Shown: positions 13,301-27,721 of the stretch, one piece after another
Layout of the letters: the number at the start of each line of letters is the position of its first letter
Position numbering within the stretch: the stretch's first letter is position 1
Assembly (NCBI GenBank): GCA_043228905.1
Contig: JBHGNT010000001.1
Location: 33,480,001-33,544,000, forward strand
Direction: 5' to 3'
Length of the DNA stretch: 64,000 bases
Source: Azolla caroliniana
Taxonomy: Eukaryota > Plantae > Polypodiophyta
Made by a program: the position numbers and the translations under genes
The notes under the pieces: generated by a model
Told to the model about the DNA's origin: nothing
Databases searched by the model: none
The model's input: only the letters and a program-made list of their open reading frames with translations

Positions 13301-15912
13301 TGCTAATTAATGCCAACTAATTTAGTCAAGCATATGCTCAACAGCTCATAACAGACATAGCTCTACAGGCTTTACTTTATTCTCTCTATTGATTGGGTTA
13401 TGTAATCCAGGATTGATTTCTGTAACAAGTGGAGCTGGAGATATAGCCCAGCACGTTTTATCTGAAGCTTCTCCTCATTTAATTAAAGTTGCAAAATTGG
13501 GCTCTGAATCTAAAGCAAGAACTGCTGTATGTCATGTTTACTGATATCAATATTCTTGAAAGTGGGCACTGTGAGATGTGCAGTTACAACTTAAATTTTG
13601 GCAGGCATTGGAAGCACTAGCTTTAGCCTGCTTTATTGGTGGAGATAATTATGAGGTAACAGAGGACGTAATGGTTGTGCTTTGGCAGATGGGTAAACAT
13701 AAAGGAAATCACCATTCAGATCAAGTGAGTGAATTGTTCAAGCTTCAAGATCTTCTTGTCTCTGGTTACTGCAAATTTAATCTCTTTGATTTATCAGACT
13801 TTGGGGATCAGCACACCTAAAGCTGATGTTAGAGCTGCAGCTTTGTCAGCTTGGACCTTCCTTCTAACTGATATTCCAAAATCACGTATTATCAGCTCTC
13901 ACATGCCTGGGTAAGGAGAATATAATGGTCAAATGTTATTTGTTATGATTTTTTTCTAATGATAGACTTTTTTTAGGTCGTTATCCACACTATCATCCTT
14001 GCTTGAGAGCGAAGACCAAACTGTACGCATATCGTCTGGGGAAGCAGCTGCTCTTCTTTTCGAAACAAAAAATTCATTTCAGTTAGAGAACTCAAATACA
14101 AATGAAGAGGATTTAATTGAACAGTTGCGGCGATTGGCTCTGGAGGCTGGTGGAAAGGGGCAGGCAAACAAGAAGGTCCAGCGCAGCTCATTTAAGGAAA
14201 TTCTTTCTATTGTTGAGGTACTTGGCTAAACATTTATCTTTCCATGAGTTAGATTGTTTGGCATTCCACATAATAAGATTTTTGCTTGTTTTGATCGCAT
14301 CATAGTTCTCTCATTGTTTATTGATATATCATTAGTAAAGCAGTTTCACTCTGGTTACTGACAAGAATCCTTAGCATATGGTTGGGGTAGCTGAACATGG
14401 TCAGTTTGGGCTAATTCTCTTGGTCACAACCGCTCTTAGGAATTTCTGATGGACATAGTCAGCCAGCTGTAATGTAGTTGCCAATAACATGTAGGGTTCT
14501 GCTTCAGCCACAGTAGTGTTTAGAGATTAGGTATTTTGTGCTTGTGTTAATTTGTTAAACTTGTAGCTTGTATTTAAATTTCATGTTCACAGGTTTTTTT
14601 TCTTGTTCCTTATTTAATGCATTAATGATTATTTTAAGCTGGCAATGTGTAGCTTTGTATGTTTCACATCCAAATTATTTAGTTTTGTTTAATCTTTCTC
14701 TCATTTTATTTAGCCTCGAGCCTCTCAGATGTTTATAAATCTGTTCATAGCATCTCTAGCGTGTAACATGTTTATATAAGATGCATTTATTAATATTATT
14801 TAATGACATCCCCATTTAATATGGGTGTCTTTTGCAAAGTTCCTTTTTCTTAGTACTCATTCTACCTCTTGTTTGCAGGGTGGGTCTGCATCTGGTATTT
14901 CTATTAAGCTTAAGCAGAGAGATGTACTCTCTCTGCATTCCTGGACTCAGATGATCCAGGTTTTGAATATCATTATTTATAATTTTGATTCACGGTTTTA
15001 GTATATATAATGACTTAAAGCCAATAAAATATTCTTTCCAAAACTGATCGTTGATTCCTTTGATTACTCAGTACAAATTCTTCAGACACATTTTAGCAGA
15101 CGGTCTTCAGAGGCATTTACAGGTGTTTGAGGCTCATTTTCTTTTGATATTGTCCCAACTCAATCCAGATTCTTTTTTATTTTCTCAACTTAATGGATGC
15201 TTTTCATGTCCTAATTGATCAGGAAAATTCTTTACTTCATGAAATATTTGGGTTTGTGCCGCTCCAAGAGAAGATATTGCCACTTTCCACTAAAGAGAAG
15301 GTCCACTTTTTTTCCTGCAACACTACCAGAACTGTTGGAAATTTGTGGCCATATTCATATTATATATATAGATAAATATGAAGAGATCTATTTTCATTAA
15401 AAATAAATATTGCCGAAGATCTAATTTTATATGTTATTTGATGGATTGCTAAAACACAATACAATTGTGAGGAGAGGGGAGTTATTTCATATATTATTAT
15501 AGAGATCTATTTTCGTGACGACGAATTCAATGGAGTATTTGAAAATAAATCTCTCCAAAAATGTAACAAAAATAACACAATTTTAACGTTAAATTCCAAA
15601 CCAAGCATTGAAACTACTTGTCATGAAAAAGGGGTGTATAAGAGGTGAGCAATATGTTGGTTTTCAGTAACTTTTTATCTCAGAAAGTATTTTCTTTTGT
15701 TGCAGAGAATGTATATGTCACCAAACTCTGTTTTGAGTAAAGCACGGACACAACAAATGAACCAAAAGAGATCTCTGGCTCATGTAAGTAATGTGTTTCT
15801 TAGATTCTTGATAGGATGTGTTAAAAATATTCTTGACTGAAAGTTGTTATTGTGCAACAAACAGGCTGGGCAAGTTGGTCACTATGGAGCAAATGGAGAC
15901 GATTGTGACTAA
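10324..15912 (+). CDS. IFRD1: Interferon-related developmental regulator (IFRD1 / plant SAT32 homologue), 13 coding exons
   Basis: ATG GGC AGA A|GTAAGT microexon (10324-10333), then exons starting 11361, 11601, 11773, ~13411, 13605, 13798, 13977, 14879, 15072, 15223, 15706, 15865. Motifs IDYLYEKR, AALSAWTFLLT, RISSGEAAALLFE, QRSSFKEIL, QRHLQENSLLHEIF, SPNSVLSKARTQ; TAA at 15910-15912. Confidence 0.92.
10981..11349. repeat. Tandem triplication, 3 x 123 bp, ending 11 nt before IFRD1 exon 2
   Basis: cccatgtatttcttcagagaactaatg...gtacaaatttgcatt starting at 10981, 11104 and 11227. Confidence 0.95.
12242..12526. repeat. Higher-order tandem repeat: four ~70-bp subunits arranged as a duplicated dimer, intronic
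   Basis: ccaacatcca..tctgggagaat(a/t)gggaaataaatagaagat.ttcc.ttttcaagg four times, with alternating variants. Confidence 0.9.
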
Positions 15913-17042
15913 TTATATTTATTGTTATACTAGTACCTTCTTATTTATTCATGAATCCGGTTCAAAAAAAGCTGATTTAGGGCTGTCTGCTCTCTCTTCC
16001 CCTCCCTCTTGGACTAAAAAAACGAATCCAAATGTGAGAAATACTGCACCCATACATTGATTGCCACCATTGTAGATTCAAAGTTTACCGTGTTAATAAA
16101 AACAAAAAAAAATTGATCGTTTTGTGTAATAATAATAACCAATTCATTCGTAAAGAGGCAAGTAAATTGTGGTATAGAGTAATGAATTATAGTTTCAGTC
16201 TTATTGACAGGACCCTTTCTCATATTGATAAAAGAACCATGATGGTCAATGAACTAGGATTGCATAGATCTTGTTGGAACAAGGCGTTGTTCCATTGTTT
16301 GTTTATTCTATTTTAATCCATCTACTTACATTATGGTCGATATTATTCAATTTGAGGTCCCATCAAGAAATTCTACCTTGCCTAGTGCAGTGCATACAAT
16401 TATATGATACAATGGATCAATTTGTAACCAAGTACAAAATTTTTATACAAATGAAGACCCAAGTCATCGAGGGGCTGTGATTTCATATGGTAGTTTCATT
16501 GAACCAAGTGATAATCTCTGATGGGTAGGATAGTGGTCTCCTAAGCTTTTCAGATATTGCTATTGGACAAGATTGATTGATAGCCATGTGTATATGGACA
16601 ACCTCCATATATAGAAGAGTAAATTTTAATCACATAATATAATAATTTGGTGTACATTAGTGAAAGGGGGCTAGAAGATGTATACATGTTATACTAAAGA
16701 TGCTCATTGAAAAACATATCAGCAAATTTCGGAATGAAACAATAAAATGGAAACTTTTGGCCATTCATTACCATGAATTTCAGTATGCATAGCACATTCA
16801 TATGGAAATCTCATAAAGACAGGTTATGAAAAACTCCCCAAACAGATTAATATTCATAATAAGTTACTCAAATCTTAGAACGTTCCTTGACAATTCTCAA
16901 TGCAAGGTTCTTATATTTTTTAGCAAAGGGAGGTCACTCCTGAAACTGAAACTTAGAGTTTGCAATTTCATGCAAATATGATTATCCTTGCATCTCTCAA
17001 CTGACGAGGATAGTAAAATGATAAGGGTTTGAGCTACTCAAC

Positions 17043-17309
17043 CATGATTATCCCCAAACCCTTCAATTAGTTAGTCATCCATGCTTGAACTAAACCATTC
17101 CATTCGTTAGCTCTAAGTAGGGATTGAAACTTCAAAGCCATTTGATACACATAAATATCTTCTATTTCCTAAATTTCATGATTATCCCCAAACCCTTCAA
17201 TTAGTTTGTCATCCATGCTTGAACTAAACATTCCATTCGTTAGCTCTAAGTAGGGATTGAAACTTCAAAGCCATTTGATACACATAAATATCTTCTATTT
17301 CCTAAATTT
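17043..17309. repeat. Tandem duplication, 2 x ~134 bp, between IFRD1 and RpoT
   Basis: catgattatccccaaacccttcaattag...ttctatttcctaaattt twice. Confidence 0.92.
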
Positions 17310-17905
17310 TAAATAGTCTCATGCAAGCATTGAACAAGCCTTTCCTGCATGCCACAAATGACTGAGATGCTTACATGTGTAAAATGGGTAGGTGATGAAT
17401 TTCTTTAAAATCCGTACATATTCATGGGCTCAAGACAATTTACATATTCTAGAAAATGGCCTCCACCGTCAGAAGCAAATGTGTCCATCCAAAACACAAT
17501 GGACAGTTATGCCTCATTAAATAGCTTGATAAGAATTTACACAATATTGAAAGGTTATTCAAGTACTGTTTCTGGCTTATCGTTGTTTTTCACAAGCTCG
17601 ATGAGCAGTTATTAACATGGTGCTGAAAACTGATGTTTCACAATTGTAAGCTCTCTTTTGGTTTATACAACTTCACTTGGACAGCCTTCCCTACTTTAAG
17701 ACGAAATATGTGCTTCCTTGAATTGTATACACATTGCCTCGATTAAAAATGGTGAGTGAGTAATGATCATAGTTATAGCCAGCTTTTGCACCTGTTCCAA
17801 CTTTCGATGATTCATGATATATATATATTCCTTCTGATGTCTTGGATCAGGGCGGACAGTAGTATACATAAACCTTTGCTCATTTGCATTCTCAACAATC
17901 GCCAT

Positions 17906-20900
17906 TTAATTAAAGAAATAGGGTGCTTGTAGCACCTCTTTCAGATTGAAATTGCCTCGTTCAGGAACTGGAGGAAAGTTAACATCTGGGAAACTCTCTT
18001 CAAAGCTCTTTAACAACTGTGTACGAAAAAAGTACCAGCAAAATAAAAATTTAAGGCATAACCAAAAGAATAAAGAACAAGCAACATAAAAATTCCAACC
18101 ATTTTAAATCTACATACAATACTTACTGAACCAAATTGAAATTACTCTAATTTACAAAAAAATTACTGATCTATGAGATAATATTTGACCATTGAATTTA
18201 ATCCATTACATAATTTGATTTTTTTTTGTAGTTTAAATCATTTAACATTGTTTATTTTTTTATTTTATCCAGCTGAACATGCACATGCTAATTGATTTAT
18301 CCCTCAGATTAATGTAACTTTCTTCAAAGCCTTACCAAAATGGGTTAATGCAAATTATATTCGAATACGAAATCTTTGCCAACTGATGGCTTAGGGAAAA
18401 CTCATTAGACATACTGAGGGGGAAGCTCATTCAAAATACTTTCATCATAAAACATTCTTAAAGGAAACCCATTCAAAATACTTACATTTTCTAAGATAGG
18501 TTGGTCATAAAGCTCTACAAACTTCTCTCTCAGAATCAAATTCATCTTATCAACATTGCCCGCATGTGTCCAATATGAGTCATGAACACCTGAAAGCAAG
18601 AGAAAAATACCCTCCATAGTGTTTTACTAAGCCAGGTTGCAAATATATTTTGCTTAAATAAATATCACACTAACCAGCAAATGTTAATCCTGCTTTTTTG
18701 CAAGCAATAGCTGTCATCATCATATGTGTGCTATCAAGGGAGTGCACAAAGTTAGGCGGGAAAGCTGTCCTTTGTCTTTTTACCATAACCTGAAATTTTG
18801 GCAGTAAAAGTCAAAGAGTAATAAACATGATAGGCTGTACTTTGATTTCCATTTTATTTTTGATCCTGTTCAAGAGGCTAATAGAATTCTTTTGAATTCT
18901 CGGGAAAGCAAACTTAAGCCCTAATCTTCAATGGAAAACTGTAAAACCCTAGATAAAAAAGCAGTCCTATTTGCTACTAGTGCTGCTCCTCAGTTCATGC
19001 TGCTAAAGGAAATAAAGAGAAACATCGGTAACCTCAAGATCTAGCATTTATTAATAATGATATTTCCCCAGGGAAAACTTTTGAAGTTGCACAAAAACAC
19101 AAAACACAGTCATGGGCACACTGGTCATCATAATTATGTAACAAGATTAACTTATATAAGCTATAACACGCTATTATTCCAAATCATAACTTAAAAATAG
19201 AGCAAATGTACACATGAAATAAAGCAGGCTATAAATAAGTAAAGATCATCATACCCTTGTATCATTGGAATGAACTAGGCAGAGTGTTTGCAAAGATGTT
19301 CTGACCTGCAAAATCAACTAATCAGTTGATTGACATCGTATATATACATATACATCTGCATATATAACCCAGTAGAAATAACCTGGAAAGAAATATTACC
19401 ATCACTTTGTGAGGTTTCCGGTAAGGCTGAACAACTGGAAGTCCTAAGGGTGTTATCCATTTCACAGGCTGGTTATGAGATGCAATAACCTACACAAAGG
19501 AAAGGTTGAAACTAATTTTATATCAACGGCCTCAGACTCTATTTCATTAATCCACACTAATGACCTTAGCACAATCCCCTAGCCAACCCATGATGATTCT
19601 GGCTGCTTTGAACATCTCTCCAAGGGCAGCCAATGTCGTCTGCATGCTTATGAGACATCCACACCATAAGATACCAATTTCTAAAACTCATTGAACTGAG
19701 CAATAGAAACTCAAGAAAAAGTTTCTACAGACCTTGGCAGCATAGCAGGAAACATTAAAAGCTTGCTTATCATCTGTCAATGTGTGCCTTTCTTGTAGCC
19801 TATTCAATATTTGATCTCGTGCTCCTATATATGTTACTCCATAAACTGAGGTCATAACAGTTTGCTTCACCAGCTTCCGGTCAACCTATTGAAACGATCA
19901 TAGTAAATGGTGTTACAATCTCAGATTTTAAGTTGTTCTCATAGACTGTGAACACTTGATGATATGACTGTAAACCTGTGAGTGTAAAAGCTTGGCCAAT
20001 TCCATTGTGCTTTCATCGCTAAACTCTTTCTCAAGTAATTCTTTGACACTGCACTTGCCATATGTTGTACCCACACTTAATTCATGATATATCAGTTGCA
20101 ACCCGACCATTACACCAAATACCAAAACCATTTTGTATGCTAAGAAACGAAAACACATATCTTCTTTAATAAAGCTTAACCTACCTACAAAGTTTCCTAC
20201 GAATATTAAAGACAAAAAACACATCCACAGTTTTCAAATTCCAAAATAGCTCCCTAGAAGTTGACAAAATATAGCCGAAACGAGCATAGTGTTTCGATTG
20301 TTTTTGGTAGCAAAGCATTCATGCAAAATCTGAGCACAAAGATAGATAGTTTTGAAGTGGACTACCGTACTGCTATATCCGTATATACATCAGCAGGTTT
20401 CTCTTGTACAGTTAAATTTACTGATTCAGCTCCTAACTGGATATAGGAAAGACACAAGTGAGCTATTTATACATTTGACCTTTTAAAGATATGTCTATAT
20501 AACAAAATATTATCATTTACTTACAACATCCCTTCCTAATGCAGCATAATGTTGCAAACCATTACAAGAACCATCCTGCAGGAGGCAACATAAGCAGCCT
20601 CAATAGAGGAAAACCAAGTTTTCATTAATGGAAAAAACCAAGTTTTCATTATTAAGGAAAACAAATCTCCAAATAAAATCACAGAATTATTAACTATTTC
20701 TCTATCAATGTCATTTCAGAAAGAAACTCTTGAGAAAAAGTGAGCGATGTTCACAAAAAGATCCACAAAACTTACTTGATGAATCGGCAAATATGAACAA
20801 TATGTTTCTAGATTTGTTGACAACAATGCACTAGATATTTCCATGCAAGTAGCAAGACATTGGAAAGGATCTTCTGCTGTAAGCCACCATCGCCTACCCT

Positions 20901-21430
20901 CTAAAGGTTTGTTAGCTGAATCAAGAATATTGTCCATGTTCTTCTCCACAAAGGCAAGACGACCTTCAAAAGAGAACTTGTCCACACCATTTCCATACAC
21001 ATTGGCCAAATGAATCTTCAGCCAGTGGAATCCTGTCTTCCCTAAAGGATGTCCTTCTGCAAACTCTAGCAGTCCACGACACATGTCAGAGCCAAGGTGG
21101 TTCAGGTGCGGATGCATAGGATACGCTCGACCACGGAAATCAATATTGTGTGGATAATAGAAACACTCTTCATTCTTCATCTGTCGAGCTACCTGGAAGT
21201 GTGAATCTCTATTCAGTGAAGATAATAGAAATATTATATACAATCTCCCTCTCTCTCTCTCCCCCAAAGACAAGACAACACTTAAGATGTAATCTCTTGT
21301 TTGGTCTTATAGGTCAATTTGGCCTCTTAAAAGACGTTAATCTCTCTCTCTCTCTCAAAGACGAGACAATACTTAAGATGTAATCTCTTGTTTGGTCTTA
21401 TAGGCCAATTTGGCCTCTTAAAAGACATTA

Positions 21431-21477
<47 letters not shown>

Positions 21478-24400
21478 ATTATTCATGCATATTTCTAGCT
21501 ATTCATATTCTTAACTTTCACTTTTTTGAAGATTGCTGAAACTACCCATATTTGTAATCACGATTTATCATATAAGCTAATTTCAGCCTCCAGCAGGCAT
21601 TAGTGTATGGTTCTTTTCTTTGTCCCTCTCCACTAGTACACTCTGAATTGAAGTACAATTCAAATATATCTACCATGAACTCTAGCAACTTTAACAATGG
21701 TATGGACAAAAAGAGAGGAGAGTATCAAGGATTTACAGAAAGCTTTAATTCAATGTCACAGCGCTGTGAATGCAGCTCTCGGTTCGTTCGTCTTACTTTA
21801 GCTCTTTCCCACCTCCATTTCCGCAGCACCTCTGTATCATCCGTTTCTGGTTTCTCTGGCTCTGGAACCTGTCACCCAAAAAAGATAGCAGCTTTCCGAT
21901 TTTGTTAACTACAGGTTACCAAAACTTGAGATATAAGTCACTAAGGATTTATATTGATTCAAAGTTCATATTAGAACTAGGAGGTACAAATGCCAGATTC
22001 TAAGCTAAGACAAATGCTGAAGGTTTTTGAGATTGTGCAATAATTCAGAATGCGCAGAAACTTCCAATCATAAGCCAATAAGTAACTCAACATGCAATAA
22101 CATACATATCTTTATTAGACAGGTGTCGTTTAGGTTTTGTTGCAAGTGAATGAGAGATTAAACCAGTATAAAATAAATTTAAATAAATAAGTAGAATCAA
22201 TGCATAAAGAAATCATGAAGATAAGACATGGTACTTTCATCTAAAACATTATTGCATCTATCTATATAATGTCACAGAAATTTACAAGAGCTTTTTACAT
22301 CTTCACGATCAACCATATCTGCAAGACGACCACCGCATTCCCAAATCCTTTCCACAACATCAAGCAGCTTGTGATTGATTCTCCATTTTGTAGATCCAAG
22401 TATGTCCAAGGCCTGATACGTTCCAAATGTATAATCATGAAATCATATTAACATACTTAAGAAACCAGATCCAATCATGCAACATGCCATTGATGTTAGC
22501 AAGAGTAATCTAAAAACTGATGTTTATACTACATAGCTACATGCAATCTGCCAACCAGTGGAACAGATAACAGAAAGAAAAATATATAAAGCCACAACAA
22601 CATAATCACCTACAAGACCTGTCAAAGAGTACAACTGTTTACATCACCCTGTCCATTTGAGCAACAAAAATAAAGAGTTTCTGTGCTATCTTCCAAAATC
22701 TAAATTGTTTGAAACATAATCATGAATCATGAATAATTAATAATCACCAATCATATTTGGTGCCTGACCGTTGGAACTGAAATTATTGCCCTTTTATCAA
22801 AATTCAAGTTTGTTATATGCCCACTTTACAGACTGTCCTTTTATCGCTTATTTCTCTCTGACTTTTTGGCACATCCAAGAATGGCAGTCAAGGATATACT
22901 CAAACTACCGTTGTAACTATGGGGCTTGCTACCAACTTAGACCTAACTATCAAATTGGTTACTAATAGTTTTCTCTTTATCAGATAGGCAATTATCTGAA
23001 TTAATACCCTTACATTTTTTCTCCGATTTTCCACATTGCAGAGGTTTGACTCCCATAGCTCCACTGTCTGCGATTCAATTTATACAAACCACAGCTGAAA
23101 AAAATACCTCAGTGACTATTGGAACTGCTACCAACTCAGAACCTACAATCGAATTGATTACTGACATTTTTCTCCTTATCAGACAAGCAATTATCTTAAC
23201 TAATAGCTTAATGATGTTTTTCCAATCTTCTGCATTGCAGACAGAGGCTTGGCCTGCATAGCTCTCCTTGATACAAGAGGGAGCATGTGATAATTCAACA
23301 ACCATAGCTTGACACATGGTTCTTAGAATTGTACATAAGCACAAATCTGGATAGCCTTCACAGAGTCAGGAAGTAGTTACCTCTTTCAAGGAGAAACGAG
23401 CTCCAGTGTTTGTGGCTCTCAATTTGCATATAACTTTGAGAACTCTACTGGCTACCCGCATGATAGGAATTGGGGATCCAACTTATTCACTCATGGCTGT
23501 TGTGTAAAATATAATAATCTTGGTCTTATCAACTTCATAAAGATATTTCTTTCTTTACAAAATACATGTAGAGCATTTAGATGTTTATTGAGTACTCCCA
23601 CAAGACTTGCACCAGGTCTATTTATGTAATCTCTAAGAGACATTGGTCGAAAGTGAAGAGAAAATGTAGCATTATCTGTCAAATGACCTATGAGACAGAG
23701 GAGTTACAAACGCCATATGACACATGGAACAGTATAAAATATATGCTACAAAAATACAAATAAAGGAGACCATAAGTTACCTATGGGACAATTTTAAACT
23801 AGCTATCAGCCTCTATTATACAAAGGCAACATTTTTATTAGCTTGTCTGTAGATACTATACTCCACTATTTAAGCAAAATATGTCCCCAACGTCAACGTT
23901 ATAGAGTGATTTTTTGTTAAAACTTCTTTGGATTGGAGCATTTGTTATTACAAAATATTGATGACGTATTTAACATATTGGTGTATGTTAGAAAAATGAG
24001 CACAAAATATTCCTCTGTCTCCAACATATTCATGTTGCATAGCATTCATAATCTTTTCTTATATGTTACTGAGCTCTTAAGCCAATGACAAAGAAGACCT
24101 GGGGGAGAGGGGATAAATTGATACTTACTTCAAAAACAGGTTGTAATTGTCGTTTAGGAGTCATTTTCAAAGTATCTCCAAGTTCTTTGGCTCCATGGGT
24201 CCGCATGATACATGAGGGCAAAACCAGATGACCACCTTTTCGATACCTACAGAATAAAAAAGAGAACCTCTAAATTATCTAAGCTTCAAGATTGAAGGCA
24301 AGAAATATCGAAACAAGGGTCCCAGTTGATACCCTTTCCAAGGTAGAGGCTTCACAAGCATTGGCATATATGGTGTCACTACCCCACGGGCCTGAAAACA

Positions 24401-27400
24401 TTTGCATGCCGGTCGTCAGATTTCATGAGAAGAATGAATCAAGAAATATTAAATGGAAAGCAGAAGATACCAAGTACCATTTTGTGAATGCCTTTAGATA
24501 TGTAAGGATCACATTCTATAACACCATACTTCTTACTGCATGCAGTTTTATGTCCACTACATTGTAAGAAAAATGCCTTTAATTAAAAATAATATAGATA
24601 TTCTAAGCTTAGAGCATCAATGATCAACTCCTGACGTATCACCTCTCTTTTCCAGTAACAGTTCTGACAGCATGCCGGAAAGCTGGTCTGACTTCCACAG
24701 TTCCCTCTTCCGGATTATCCCCTGGATCTTGAATATAAGCTGTCTCAATGAGAAGCTCTAACAATCTACATCCTACCTAAATCCAAGAAGAAATAAACCA
24801 AAGAAGCAGGTGTTAATATGGAATTCAGTAAAACAAATAGCTAAGCAAACAAAACCTGATTAACACAGACATGAGCTTGGATAATGCGGCTCCATGGCTC
24901 TGAGCTGTCTGCCTCCCGAACCTTCTTCATCAATACTCTCAACTTCTTTTGTTTGATAAATTTCTGTACTTGCTTCTGCAAGACTCTGTGTTTAGCTAGT
25001 TCCTCTTTAGATGCCTCATCCTCAACAGCTGCCTCCAGCTTGCCTTTCTTGCGAGACTTCTGCTTGAGGACCTGCTGCAATCTAACCTGAAAAAAACATA
25101 AAAAGCAAATGCTTATGAACCTATAATAACTATCAACATACAAATGAATAGCTCTACATCCTGTGAATTCTCGTCCATTTAGGTCGCTAGAAAAGTGAGG
25201 GCAAATTTGCAAAAACTGTCTCAGCTTAAATCATATTAGTTATTATCATGTCAAAGAAACAGATATCCTCAGAGGCTACTTATACATGAGCAGAATGTGC
25301 AACTGATCTCATTAGCTTTCTTGCAATATAGCCACAATTGATCATATGGTCAAATATATAGCCTAATCCATAGTGATTTGCACACAATAACACGCAATGA
25401 GTTAACTGTGCAGTGAAAATATCAAGAAAAGAGCACATGAAGCAGAAGTATTCATCCGCCCAATTACCATGGAAAAAATGTGAAGATTCAAGACCTACCA
25501 GTTAATTACATTTTAAGGATTTTGCATGGACAGGGCAATCGTGGAGACGAGCTTAAAAACTCAGTATACATGAAGGAGTCATAAGTTATAAACGTCTGCT
25601 AGAATTTCTGAGGTGACATAATTATGCCACTTAACCTAGAATGTATGATGTGTCGTCGATTGTCAAGGCAGTAGCTAACTTTGAAGGGCATAATGCTTTT
25701 GGGTAAAGTACAACAAAGACTTACCTCTTGCTCTACAGCTTCACCAATGCTCAATACAGGTACAATTACCCTCAACCCAACATTTGCATCCTCGGTCAGT
25801 AATTTGGCAACTGTCTTGTGCATAGTGATGACTGCTAACTTGTCAGCTGGAAGCAGACCAAGATATGGACCATAAGAGCTCCGGTTCAGCCTATACTCTC
25901 CCTTCTGGTATGCCTCTTGTTCAGCAGTTATAGCATTCACGAGGGGCTCAAACCAGCTCAGAAACATCGATTTCATAAAAGGTAGATTTGGAGCAAGCTG
26001 GTGTTTGCACATCTCTTCGAGTGTGTCCTTGTATTCTTGTATTGCTCGTTGCCATGCTTCTGATTCTATCTTCATTTGTCTTCGCATTAATTTGAGATGA
26101 TTTCCCCTTGATATTTCTTTACCTGGGCCCTTCCTGTTACAAGTATCTGCCACAACATCAGGATTCTGTCGCCGTTTTTCTTTAACTTCCATCTCTAAGA
26201 TATCATTTTCTTCAACCACTTGCTCTACAGCAGAAGCCTCAACAAGTTGTGCTGTGAAGGGAGCTGATCTAATAAAGTCGAAGTCGCTTCCCCAGAACTC
26301 CGTTAGTTCAAAGAGTAATAAGGGTTCAGCAGGGACATTCTCTGCTCTTAAAGCTTGAAAAAGAGCATTCTCGATAGTTGGAGCTTCAGGAGTCTTTGAC
26401 GTCATCTGATTCGCAATCATGGGTATACCCCATAAGACTGTGTTCAAGGTTCCATGGACATCAGTTATTGGCGCAGGTGCTGAAGAACAGCAGTTTTCAT
26501 CTCTGAATCTTAAACTCAATAGGGCTGCATCTTGAGGCTGCCTCTTATCAAATGCTATAGACAGAGCTGAAGAATGAAGGCTCTTCACGAAAACTTGTGC
26601 TGAAGAGTACCTATGGAGATGTATCCACAATCTGCCAAACCCAAAATTTGAGTGCTAATAAGCGAATGCATGTGAGGAATCGAGATCCTAACAAACAACT
26701 CAGTTAATCTAAACATGAACATCAAAAAATTTGGAAGCTAGCATATACCACTCATACTCAACCAAACCAATGAGCTGCGAGCCGTCGTTTAATTATTTCC
26801 TATACTGTACGTAGGGGCTTCTTACATGCTTCTTCAATAGTAAATATGCAATCCCACATTGCAAGGATAGGGGAGGCTTCTTGCATGCACCTTAGATATC
26901 AAACATGCAAGCCACCACCACAAGACTGGAGGAGGCATTATCATAAGTTGGGAAATACCAATAGGGTCATTATGAGAATAATCAGAAGAGAAGAGCACGA
27001 TAAAGCTGGTATTCCTTTACGTATTCATTCCCAGGTCATTGCGTTGTGGTGGTCCTATCTCTAGCCTTCATCCATGGACGTCTATTATTCATTGTTATGT
27101 GTGTGCACATGATACGTATAACAATATTTTTCCAAATAAATGAAATACCAAAAGAGTGATAGTGAGAATAATGTACGAAGAAAAGAGTGTACAATAAGAT
27201 AGCCAACGCTTGATGTATCCAAAAGTTCATTGTGTTGGGACCATAGCTATCTACCAGGTACTTTGAGTCCTATACCCTAGCATGTAAGAATGCGTCATGC
27301 AAGTAAAGAGTATTGATCGGATCAAGTCAAAGCAAGACCATTCGAATAAGACAGAACCATACCTTGATTGCTGTGCATAAGCAGAATCCAAAACCAGAAC

Positions 27401-27721
27401 AGAATCTGATCCTGAAACCGAAACCCAACCTGAAAAGTGTAGATGCACGATATAAGAACCACACCAGGATTGCTTTGCAGGAGCCATATCCTAACCTAGG
27501 AATAAACACGGAGCTCAATCAAATCCCAAACCTGAAAGAAGGGAAGGCCTGAGGAGCTTTGAATTGGGCAGTGAGGAAGCCGGAGCTGAAAGCAAACACG
27601 AACCCGGAACTGAAACCGAAGGAGCTGGGTCTAGGTCTTTGCTGAGGGGATTTGATTTGGGTTTAGAAGAATGGAATCGGAGGCGAAGAATCCGAGAGTA
27701 GAATTTAGTGATTCTCCACAT
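17906..27721 (-). CDS. RpoT: Nuclear-encoded phage T3/T7-type single-subunit organellar RNA polymerase, multi-exon
   Basis: Exons encode [61 protein letters not shown]|[13 protein letters not shown] (catalytic Asp), [36 protein letters not shown] and the C-terminal APYFFN*. The MWR start resembles a mitochondrial presequence. The exon1-exon2 junction is uncertain. Confidence 0.95.
21248..21477. repeat. Intronic tandem duplication (~90 bp) bounded by (CT)n runs
   Basis: aaagac.agacaa.acttaagatgtaatctcttgtttggtcttatagg.caatttggcctcttaaaagac twice, each flanked by CT repeats. Confidence 0.85.

Noticed and set aside
5999-27721. Functional gene cluster for organellar gene expression (S1 protein, IFRD1, RpoT)
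   Set aside because: Adjacency of a few housekeeping genes is not evidence of co-regulation in a plant nuclear genome
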